Shown here one piece after another: positions 21,765 through 29,486 of a DNA stretch of 64,000 bases (positions are counted from its first letter, which is position 1; each line of letters opens with the position of its first letter). This DNA comes from an uncultured delta proteobacterium (GTDB lineage: Bacteria > Myxococcota_A > Polyangia > Polyangiales > Houyiibacteriaceae), in assembly GCA_963753395.1 (NCBI GenBank), contig CAVWBW010000012.1:516513-580512 (forward strand), read 5' to 3'. The notes below the pieces were generated by a model that was not told the origin of the DNA, made no database searches, and saw only the letters and a list, made by a program, of their open reading frames with translations. The translations under genes were made by a program, and so were the position numbers.

Positions 21765-22733
21765 TTGCCGAACGAGGACGAGCTGCTTCGCCAATACCGC
21801 ACGATGATGGTAATCCGCCGCTTCGAGGAAGAGGCTGCGCGGAACTACGCCAAGGGTAAGATCGGCGGTTTTCTCCATCTGTATATCGGACAGGAAGCCA
21901 TCGCTGTGGCCGCCGCCGAAGTGCTCGAGGACCGCGACTACATATTTCAGACTTACCGGGACCACGGGACCGCACTGGCGCGTGGGATGTCACCGAACGC
22001 TGCGATGGCCGAGCTCTTCGGCAAGGACACAGGGTGCTCGCGCGGGCTTGGTGGCTCGATGCACTTCTTCGACGTAGAGCGAGGCTTTCTCGGTGGCTGG
22101 GCGATCATCGGCGGCCATCTCGCCCTCGCAGCCGGCACCGCTTTCAAGTCGAAGTACGCAGGCGAGGACCGCGTGACCATGTGCTTTTTCGGAGAAGGCT
22201 CGACCAACATCGGCGGGTTCCACGAAGCAATGAGTCTCGCTGGCCTCTGGAAGCTCCCGGTGGTCTTCGTCTGTGAGAACAATCAATACGCGATGGGGAC
22301 GCCCCTCGAACGCACGAGCCCGCTGAAGGATCTCTCGATCAAGGCCGAAGGCTACGGGATGGTCGGGGACCGGTGTGAAGGCCACGATGTGGAAGTCGTA
22401 CAAGAACGGCTTGGCGCCGCGGTGGCGCGCGCTCGCGCCGGCGAAGGTCCTACGTTCGTCGAAATTCAAACCTATCGTTTCCGTGGCCACTCGATGAGCG
22501 ATCCGGCGAAGTACCGAACGAGGACCGAGCTCGAGCAACGCAAGCAGCGAGATCCCATCGTGGTCGTTCGGGAGAGGCTTCTCGGACTCGGCGTCGAAGA
22601 GAATACCCTGGACGACATCGATCTCGAAGTCGACGAGCAGATCGACGCGGCCGTCCACTTCGCCGACGAGTCTGAACCGGCTCGTGAAGATGTGATGAGG
22701 AGCACCGTGCTCGCCGCGGAGGATGCTTCGTGA
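21765..22733 (+). CDS. pdhA: Pyruvate dehydrogenase E1 component alpha subunit
   Basis: LLRQYRTMMVIRRFEE, GFLHLYIGQEA and FGEGSTNIGGFHEAMSLAGLWKLPVVFVCENNQYAMGT (the TPP motif). The start codon is TTG. Confidence 0.9.
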   Translation: MPNEDELLRQYRTMMVIRRFEEEAARNYAKGKIGGFLHLYIGQEAIAVAAAEVLEDRDYIFQTYRDHGTALARGMSPNAAMAELFGKDTGCSRGLGGSMHFFDVERGFLGGWAIIGGHLALAAGTAFKSKYAGEDRVTMCFFGEGSTNIGGFHEAMSLAGLWKLPVVFVCENNQYAMGTPLERTSPLKDLSIKAEGYGMVGDRCEGHDVEVVQERLGAAVARARAGEGPTFVEIQTYRFRGHSMSDPAKYRTRTELEQRKQRDPIVVVRERLLGLGVEENTLDDIDLEVDEQIDAAVHFADESEPAREDVMRSTVLAAEDAS

Positions 22734-23716
22734 GGGAGATTCGCTACCGAGAAGCGCTCCGCGAAGCGATGCTCGAGGAGATGGAGCGCGACCAGAATGT
22801 ATTCCTCATGGGAGAGGAAGTCGGGCACTATCAGGGGGCGTACAAGGTATCCGAAGGGCTGCTCGACAAATTCGGCGAGCGCCGTGTCATCGACACGCCC
22901 ATCGCGGAGGCCGGTTTCGCCGGTGTCGGCATCGGTGCGGCTATGGTCGGGCTCCGTCCCATCATCGAGTTCATGACGTGGAATTTCTCGTTCGTGGCGT
23001 TCGACCAGATCATGAGCAACGCGGCAAAGGTGCACGCGATGAGCGCAGGCGCGATTCAGGTTCCGATCGTGTTTCGTGGTCCAAATGGCGCGGCAAAGCA
23101 GGTGGCGGCGCAACACAGCCACAGCTGCGCGCCGTTCTACACCAACATACCAGGGCTCTACGTCATTCAACCGAGCACGCCGCGCGATGCGAAGGGCCTT
23201 CTGAAGAGCGCGATTCGAAGTAACAATCCCGTCGTGTTTCTCGAAGGCGAAACTTTGTACGGGATCAAGGGCGAGGTGCCGGACGAAGGTGTCGAGGAGC
23301 TCGTGCCGATTGGAGAGAGCCGCCTGGCGCGCGCTGGCAGCGACTGCACAATCGTCTCCTGGGGCCGCCCCTACTACACGGTGTTGGCGGCGGCCGACAG
23401 GCTCGCCGCGGAAGGCATCGAATGCGAAGTGATCGATCCGCGGACGCTCCGACCACTCGACACCACCCTGATGGTCGAAAGCGTCAGGAAGACAAATCGA
23501 TGCGTCGTCGTTCATGAGCACTGGCCGTACGGAGGTCCGGGCGCCGAGATCGTCGATCGAATACAACGCGAGGCTTTCGACTATCTCGATGCACCACTCG
23601 AACGCGTGGCAAGCCTCGACCTGTCGATGCCCTACGCCCTGAATCTAGAAGACACCGTACTGCCCACCGAGGAGCGAGTAATGGACGCCGTGAAACGCGT
23701 CAGTTACGTGAAGTGA
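22730..23716 (+). CDS. pdhB: Pyruvate dehydrogenase E1 component beta subunit
   Basis: REALREAMLEEMERDQNVFLMGEEVG..., VIDTPIAEAGFAGVGIGAAMVGLRPI. The GTG start overlaps the pdhA stop. Confidence 0.92.
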   Translation: MREIRYREALREAMLEEMERDQNVFLMGEEVGHYQGAYKVSEGLLDKFGERRVIDTPIAEAGFAGVGIGAAMVGLRPIIEFMTWNFSFVAFDQIMSNAAKVHAMSAGAIQVPIVFRGPNGAAKQVAAQHSHSCAPFYTNIPGLYVIQPSTPRDAKGLLKSAIRSNNPVVFLEGETLYGIKGEVPDEGVEELVPIGESRLARAGSDCTIVSWGRPYYTVLAAADRLAAEGIECEVIDPRTLRPLDTTLMVESVRKTNRCVVVHEHWPYGGPGAEIVDRIQREAFDYLDAPLERVASLDLSMPYALNLEDTVLPTEERVMDAVKRVSYVK

Positions 23717-23719
23717 GCC

Positions 23720-24967
23720 ATGGCGAAGATCATCGGACTACCTAAGCTTTCGCCCACGATGGAAGAGGGCACCCTCGTCGCATGGACCAAGAAAGAGGGC
23801 GATGAAGTCGAGGTCGATGATCTCCTGGCTGAGGTCGAGACCGACAAGGCCACGATGGAGTTCCGCTCGTTTGATCGGGGCGTTCTCCTCAAGATCCTGG
23901 TTCCCGAGGGCGCGACGCTAGAGCCGGATGTCCCAGTCGCGATCATCGGAAAGGCGGGCGAGGATATCGCCCACCTGCTGGCGGAGCTAGAGTCAGCGCC
24001 AGAGCCAGAGCCAGCGTCAGCGCCAGCGCCAGCGCCAGCGCCAGCGCCAGCGCCAGCGCCAGCGCCAGCGTCAGAGCCAGCGCCCGCGTCAGCGCCCGCG
24101 GCAGCGCCCGCGTCCGGGCGGGTGTTGTCGTCGCCTCTCGTTCGAAAGCTCGCCCGTGAGCAAAGCATCGATCTACGCACGGTTGAGGGCTCGGGCCCCC
24201 AAGGCCGGATCGTCAAGCGGGATATCGAGTCCTATGCGGGTCCTTCGACGGCGGGCGCCGTGGGAGCCGGGGAGCGCCTTCCGCCGAGAATCGTCAAAGC
24301 CAGCAGCATGCGCCGGACGATTGCGCGGCGTCTAACCGAGTCCAAGCAGACCGTCCCGCACTACTACCTCACCATCGACGTCGACATCGCGCCGCTCTCC
24401 GATGCACGCAAAGCGATGAACGCCGAGCTCGAAGAGGCCGGTGAGAAGGTGTCGCTCAACGACTTGATCATCAAGGCCGCGGCGGCGACGCTCCGGCGCG
24501 TTCCGGAAGTGAACGCGTCTTGGATGGACAAGGAGATCCACTACCACCAGGTGGTCGACATCTCGGTCGCGGTCGCCGTCGATGATGGACTGATGACGCC
24601 CGTCATTCGCGACGCGGACCGCAAAGGCGTCGCTCAGATCGCGCGCGAAGTCCGCGAGCTCGCTGGGAGGGCTAAAGAGAAGAAGCTTCAGCCCGAAGAG
24701 ATGAGCAACGGCACATTCTCGATCAGCAACCTAGGCATGTTCGGCATCGAGGAGTTCTCTGCAGTCATCAACCCGCCCGAGGCGGCCATCCTTGCGGTTG
24801 GCACGATCCGCAGCGAGCCGGTCGTCGACGCCGGCGCGATCGTCCCCGGCCGCCGTATGCGCTTCACCATGAGCTGCGACCACCGCGTCATCGACGGCGC
24901 CACAGGCGCCAAGTTCATGGCGGCGTTCAAGAGCACGATAGAGTCCCCCCTGACGATGTTGCTCTAG
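23720..24967 (+). CDS. pdhC: Dihydrolipoamide acetyltransferase (E2) of the pyruvate dehydrogenase complex
   Basis: Lipoyl domain (EVETDKATMEF), an Ala-Pro linker, a subunit-binding domain (SPLVRKLAREQSIDL...GSGPQGRIVKRD) and a catalytic domain (SCDHRVIDGA). Confidence 0.92.
   Translation: MAKIIGLPKLSPTMEEGTLVAWTKKEGDEVEVDDLLAEVETDKATMEFRSFDRGVLLKILVPEGATLEPDVPVAIIGKAGEDIAHLLAELESAPEPEPASAPAPAPAPAPAPAPAPASEPAPASAPAAAPASGRVLSSPLVRKLAREQSIDLRTVEGSGPQGRIVKRDIESYAGPSTAGAVGAGERLPPRIVKASSMRRTIARRLTESKQTVPHYYLTIDVDIAPLSDARKAMNAELEEAGEKVSLNDLIIKAAAATLRRVPEVNASWMDKEIHYHQVVDISVAVAVDDGLMTPVIRDADRKGVAQIAREVRELAGRAKEKKLQPEEMSNGTFSISNLGMFGIEEFSAVINPPEAAILAVGTIRSEPVVDAGAIVPGRRMRFTMSCDHRVIDGATGAKFMAAFKSTIESPLTMLL
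23993..24115. repeat. Coding microsatellite (AGCGCC/AGAGCC hexamers) encoding the E2 Ala-Pro linker
   Basis: tcagcgcc agagcc agagcc agcgtc then (agcgcc) x8... translates as SAPEPEPASAPAPAPAPAPAPAPASEPAPASAPAAAPA. The hexamer and strand are the same as in the non-coding satellites at 20011-20170, 24973-25010 and 25418-25488. Confidence 0.9.
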
Positions 24968-24972
24968 GGGAA

Positions 24973-25010
24973 GCAGCGTCAGCGCCAGCGTTCAGCGCCA
25001 GCGTCAGCGA
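24973..25010. repeat. Short CAGCGY satellite upstream of element copy B
   Basis: agcagcgtcagcgccagcgttcagcgccagcgtcagcg, beginning 6 nt after the E2 stop codon. Confidence 0.8.
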
Positions 25011-25016
25011 ACGTGA

Positions 25017-25409
25017 TTGGCGTCGGGAGGTTTTGTTTGCATCCACCCGCCCACCCCCACCCGTAGTCCTCCCTCCGCGCCCCTTTGGGGCTTGGCGGCG
25101 CATTCGCGCCGGGCTTCGCCGTTCCGGCTCGCGCTACCGCGGGTGTGGTTGTGGCGGGTTGGATTGCGTGTGGAGGAGACTCGGTCGGGATGCGCGGCAC
25201 AGGGAGTGGGCGGGAGGCGAGTTGTATGGGGCCGTATGGAGCCGGCCGAGCGGGACCCGCTCCCGAGCACGTGCGTCGCGACCGAGTCTCCGGGCCGTCC
25301 GAGCACGTGCGTCGCGACCGAGTCTCCGGGTGCTCATTTCTTCGCACCGTCCCGCGAAACCCCGTGTCGTGTTTTTCCGAGCCCTGCGTGTACCTCGACG
25401 CCCGGGCGT
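25017..25409 (+). repeat. 393-bp GC-rich non-coding interspersed element, copy B
   Basis: Same orientation and termini as copy A. It contains an internal 36-bp tandem duplication (25263-25298 and 25299-25334). It lacks a segment of about 29 nt that is present in copy A at roughly 20233-20262. Confidence 0.85.
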
Positions 25410-25417
25410 GGTGGGTA

Positions 25418-25488
25418 CAGCGCCAGCGCCAGCGTTCGGCGCCAGCGTTCAGCGTCAGCGCCAGCGTCAGCGTTCAGCGTTCAGCGTT
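25418..25488. repeat. CAGCGY/TTCAGCG satellite downstream of element copy B, overlapping the 3' end of the GH31 gene
   Basis: cagcgccagcgccagcgttcggcgccagcgttcagcgtcagcgccagcgtcagcgttcagcgttcagcgtt. The last codons of the minus-strand gene (LNAER, stop) are read from this repeat. Confidence 0.85.
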
Positions 25489-26858
25489 CCGAAGATCTCG
25501 CTGCCTTCGCGTAGGAACGCGGGAAACTCCGTCATCGGGACGTCGAGGGTGGTCTCCGCGCCGCCTTCGAATACCTTGCTGGAGTCGAACCAGTAGACCC
25601 AGCGGCCTTCCGGGAATGTGAGCGTGCGGGAGGTGCCCTCTTCCAGCATTGGGGCGATGAAGATGTCCGGGCCCAAGAGGTAGGTGTAGTCGTCCTTCGT
25701 GAGATAGGTCGTCAGCGAGGTTCCCGCCTCGAACGCCTTTGCGCCGTGCTCCATCAAGTACGGGATGAGCTCGTAGTGGATCTCGACAAACTCGCGATAG
25801 ATCGTCGCGGTCTGCTCATCGAACATCCACGGGCGGTGCTCGCCGCCGCCGCCATTCTCCATGATGGGGCTGAAGGCCCCGAGCTGGGCCCAGCGAATGA
25901 ACGCGTCTTTCGGGCGGCCGAGCTCCGGCCACGTTTGCTTGTCGGTGCGGAACCCGCCGATGTCGGAGCCATGCGCGACGTAGCCCCACTCGCTGCTCCA
26001 GTACATGTTGTTCAATGCCGCGGCGATGCCACTGAAGTCGCTGTCCTGATCGCCGACCCACCCAGCCCAGTTGATCTCGATGGGCGCGTACACCCAGATA
26101 TCGGCACCCGTGTCGGTCCCCTGGTTGTCGATTGGACGCGCGGTGATGATCCGGTCGTCGCCGAGCTTCTCTCGCAGATAGCTGAACGAATCGAGGTAAT
26201 AGGCGTAGCCGTACTCGTTGCGGTCGACGTCGCGCCCGAGCGCGGGTGAGTAGGGCACCTGCAGGATCTGCGGATCGGTTCCATCACACTTCCAGCCATC
26301 GATCCCGAGCGCGATCGCCTTGTCCATCTGCTCGTGCCACCACTCCACGGCCTCCGGATTGAAGAAATCGATCAGGCTGCCGTCGCCCTTCCACCAGTTG
26401 ACTACACCGGGCCCGCTTATCGCGTCCTTCTGCGTGAAGTACCCGGCGGCAGCCGCTTCGGCGTAGAGCGGCGAATCGATATTGATCACACCGACCATCC
26501 ACAAGAACACCCGTACGCCTCGGCTGTGGAAGTAGTCGACCATCGCCTGCGGGTCCGGATACTGCGACGGTTCGAAGACGAAGCTGTTGTAGCTGGTCTC
26601 CCAAGGGCTATCGATGATGATGGCGCCGACCGGGATATCGCGCGCGAGGTAGTCGTCGACCAACGCGATCGCGCTCTCCTGCGTGCTTTCGTTCTCCCAA
26701 ACCCAGTGGTGAAACGCCCACTCGGGCCAAGGCGCAACCGGATCCGTGCCGGCATCCATTCCGGCGTCGCCTCCAGCATCCGTGCCAGCGTCCAACGCGC
26801 CGCCCGTGGCGCTGGTGCATGCGGAGAGGAGGAGCACTAGAGGCAAGAGGCGAAGCAT
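25467..26858 (-). CDS. Glycoside hydrolase family 31-like lipoprotein
   Basis: ORF 25467..27335. The real start is MLRLLPLVLLLSAC (lipobox) at 26858. HHWVWENESTQESAIALVDDYLARDIPVGAIIIDSPWETSYNSFVFEPSQYPDPQAMVDYFHSRGVRVFLW and GIDGWKCDG fit the GH31 catalytic-domain pattern. Confidence 0.7.
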   Translation of the reverse strand: MLRLLPLVLLLSACTSATGGALDAGTDAGGDAGMDAGTDPVAPWPEWAFHHWVWENESTQESAIALVDDYLARDIPVGAIIIDSPWETSYNSFVFEPSQYPDPQAMVDYFHSRGVRVFLWMVGVINIDSPLYAEAAAAGYFTQKDAISGPGVVNWWKGDGSLIDFFNPEAVEWWHEQMDKAIALGIDGWKCDGTDPQILQVPYSPALGRDVDRNEYGYAYYLDSFSYLREKLGDDRIITARPIDNQGTDTGADIWVYAPIEINWAGWVGDQDSDFSGIAAALNNMYWSSEWGYVAHGSDIGGFRTDKQTWPELGRPKDAFIRWAQLGAFSPIMENGGGGEHRPWMFDEQTATIYREFVEIHYELIPYLMEHGAKAFEAGTSLTTYLTKDDYTYLLGPDIFIAPMLEEGTSRTLTFPEGRWVYWFDSSKVFEGGAETTLDVPMTEFPAFLREGSEIFGTLNAER

Positions 26859-26887
26859 GGCGCAACGCCTACCGCGCCCCGCCGCAA

Positions 26888-28294
26888 TCAGCAAGTCCCG
26901 TGGAAGCGCTTGGCGTCCGCGGGGAAGATCTTTCCGGGATTCAAGATGTGCTTTGGGTCGAAGACGTCTTTGATCTTCTCTTGCAGCGCGATGAGCGCCG
27001 GCGACTGCTCCATAGGCAGATAGGGCGCCTTGAGGACTCCGATTCCGTGCTCGCCGCTCAGCGTACCCCGCAAATCGATCACTCGCTGGAAGAGCGCCGC
27101 GATTGCCGTGTCGACCTGAGCCTTCTGATCGGGATCGTTCCAAAGAAAGTTCACATGGAGGTTGCCGTCGCCCGCGTGTCCGTATGTTGGGATCACCAGC
27201 TCGTGCCGGTCGGCCAGCTCTCCGCAGTACTTGAGCAGCTCCGCCATTTTCGTCCGCGGCACGACGACGTCTTCCGACAGCTTGTTCGCCGCCTGCTTCT
27301 TCAAGCTGTGACTCAACTCCCGACGCGACGCCCACAAACGCTCGCGTTCTCCGCTGTGCTGGGCGACGAGCACTTCGAGCGCGTCGAGGTCGAACAAGAT
27401 GTTGCCCATGCGCTCGAGCTCGGCTTCGAGCTTCGCCGCTTCGCCGTCGAGCTCGATCAGCAACATCGCTTTCGTCTCGTTGGGGATCGTGAGTCCGGCT
27501 TCTGGCCGCACGATTCGGATCGCCTCTTCATCGAGAAGCTCGATGCACGCCGGCACCTGCCCCTGGGCCATCAGCGACGACACGACGGGCGCGACTTCGT
27601 CCAGGCTCGCGAAACACGCGAGCGCGGTCACCGTCGCTTCGGGCTTCGGGATCAAGCGTAGGGTCGCCTCGGTCACGATGCCGAGGGTTCCCTCGCTCCC
27701 GACTATGAGCGAGGTGAGGTCGTAGCCCGTGACGCCCTTCTTCGTCTCGCGGCCGAGCTTGAGAATCGTGCCGTCGGCCATTACGACATCCATTGCCATC
27801 ACGTACTCACGCGTGACGCCATACTTGAACGCACGCGGGCCTCCGGCGTTCGCCGCCAAGTTGCCCCCGATCGCGCACGAGTCGAGCGAGTTTGGGTCCG
27901 GCGGATAGTAGAGGTTCTCTTCTTCCGTGATCCGCTTCAGCTCACCGGTGATCAAGCCCGGTTGCACTCTCGTTGTCAGCTCGCCTTTATCGATGCCTTC
28001 GATCGCATTCATCTTTTCGAAAGCGAGAACGATGCCGCCCGGCACCGGAACGGCGCCTCCGACACGCCCGGTGCCGCCCCCTCTGGGCGTGACCGGAACA
28101 TCGTGCTCGTACGCCGCCTTCATGACGGCGGACACATCCGCGGTGCTCGTCGCGCGCACGACCGCTTCGGGCATGCACGGCAAGGCCTCGCTTTCGTCGT
28201 GCGCGTAGCCTTCCAGCAGGCTCGGGTCCCGAATCACCGAGCCGCTTCCGCACGCGCGTTCTATCGCGATCAATGCGCTGTCGAGCGAAGCCAT
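26888..28294 (-). CDS. FAD-linked oxidase (GlcD / D-lactate dehydrogenase family)
   Basis: FAD-binding PCMH pattern: VTPRGGGTGRVGGAVP, SLDSCAIGGNLAANAGGPRAFKYGVTREYV and C-terminal SGEHGIG. Length 468 aa. Confidence 0.88.
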   Translation of the reverse strand: MASLDSALIAIERACGSGSVIRDPSLLEGYAHDESEALPCMPEAVVRATSTADVSAVMKAAYEHDVPVTPRGGGTGRVGGAVPVPGGIVLAFEKMNAIEGIDKGELTTRVQPGLITGELKRITEEENLYYPPDPNSLDSCAIGGNLAANAGGPRAFKYGVTREYVMAMDVVMADGTILKLGRETKKGVTGYDLTSLIVGSEGTLGIVTEATLRLIPKPEATVTALACFASLDEVAPVVSSLMAQGQVPACIELLDEEAIRIVRPEAGLTIPNETKAMLLIELDGEAAKLEAELERMGNILFDLDALEVLVAQHSGERERLWASRRELSHSLKKQAANKLSEDVVVPRTKMAELLKYCGELADRHELVIPTYGHAGDGNLHVNFLWNDPDQKAQVDTAIAALFQRVIDLRGTLSGEHGIGVLKAPYLPMEQSPALIALQEKIKDVFDPKHILNPGKIFPADAKRFHGTC

Positions 28295-28423
28295 GTCTGA
28301 GCCTTGGGGCGGGTGCCCCGGACGGTCAAGGTCTCCGGGCGCCCGGGGTGCGGCGTGGCGGAGGACAGGCTACCATGCGGCATTGGCTCGACGCGGCACC
28401 CCTCGCGGCGACCCCCTAGGCTC

Positions 28424-29425
28424 ATGCGCTCCTTTGCTTACGTCTTTCTGGCCGCGACGGCCGTGGCCGGTTGTGCCGAAACCGCCGTCCCCACGATTCC
28501 ACCTGATGCGGATCGCGACGCCTCCGTCGATCCGGACGGAGGCCCCGACCTCGACGGCTCTGTCGGCGACGGCGGCGCGGATGGAGGCCCTGACCTGGAC
28601 GGCTCTGTCGGCGACGGGGGGTCGGATGGCGGACTGCCTGACGGGGGCGGGTCTTGGTGCGAAACATCCGTGCTTTGTCCATCTTGCCCAGACCCGGACG
28701 CCCTTTGCGACGAGGACAACCCCTGTCCGGCGGGCGAGGCCTGTCTCTCGACGGGGTGCGAGGATTTCGCGCGTTGCTTCGTGATCGGCGGGGGCGCATG
28801 CGAAGGCGATGAGGGCTGCACCAACCCGGCCTATGAGTGCGACTCCACCGTCGGCCGATGTCTTCGCAAAGAGCCCGGATGCGATGACTCGAACGACTGC
28901 GTCGCCGGCTTTGCCTGCGAGGACGGCGTGTGCATGGATCGGCGCGTGCCGTGCGTAGCGGGCGCCGATTGCCCACACGGCTACACCTGTTTCTTTGCGA
29001 GCCCGGATCAACGCTTCTGCCGGCGCATCACGCAACCCTGCGCCGACGATCTGGATTGCCTCGTCCTCGGAGTGCTGTGCGGCGATGCCGACGGAGATGG
29101 GGCGAGCGAGTGCATGCCGTCGCTCACGCCGAACGAACCCGAAGCGGCGCCCTGCGACGATCTCCAGTGCCCGGAGGCCTCGGCGCCGGTGTGCGAAACC
29201 GCCCCCGAAGGAACGGTGGCGACTTGTGGACGCTTCGGCCTCTGCGGCGCAGCCGTTCAGTGCGCGGCTGAATTCGAGTGCCGCGACCTCTGGGGCGACG
29301 GCCGAAAGGAGTGCGTCTCCGGGGCGGGTTCCTGTGTAGATTCGAGCGCATGCGAGCCGCGGGCGGTGTGCGGCTCCCCGCGATCCGGGGGCGCCCCTGC
29401 ATGTATCGGAGGGCCTCCGAGCTAG
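28424..29425 (+). CDS. Cysteine-rich secreted lipoprotein with repeated CxxDxDCxxGxxC modules
   Basis: ORF 28304..29425. The start is MRSFAYVFLAATAVAGC (lipobox) at 28424. There are many Cys in repeated spacing: CDDSNDCVAGFACEDGVC, CVAGADCPHGYTC and CADDLDCLVLGVLC. The N-terminal region holds a 45-bp tandem duplication. Confidence 0.6.
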   Translation: MRSFAYVFLAATAVAGCAETAVPTIPPDADRDASVDPDGGPDLDGSVGDGGADGGPDLDGSVGDGGSDGGLPDGGGSWCETSVLCPSCPDPDALCDEDNPCPAGEACLSTGCEDFARCFVIGGGACEGDEGCTNPAYECDSTVGRCLRKEPGCDDSNDCVAGFACEDGVCMDRRVPCVAGADCPHGYTCFFASPDQRFCRRITQPCADDLDCLVLGVLCGDADGDGASECMPSLTPNEPEAAPCDDLQCPEASAPVCETAPEGTVATCGRFGLCGAAVQCAAEFECRDLWGDGRKECVSGAGSCVDSSACEPRAVCGSPRSGGAPACIGGPPS

Positions 29426-29486
29426 CCCTTACGGAAGCGGCGGATATGCGGTAGTGTGGTTTCCCCTTAATGTGAGCAATTTCACA

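Noticed and set aside
26819-27661. 280-aa + ORF across the GH31/GlcD junction
   Set aside because: It is antisense to two well-supported minus-strand genes.
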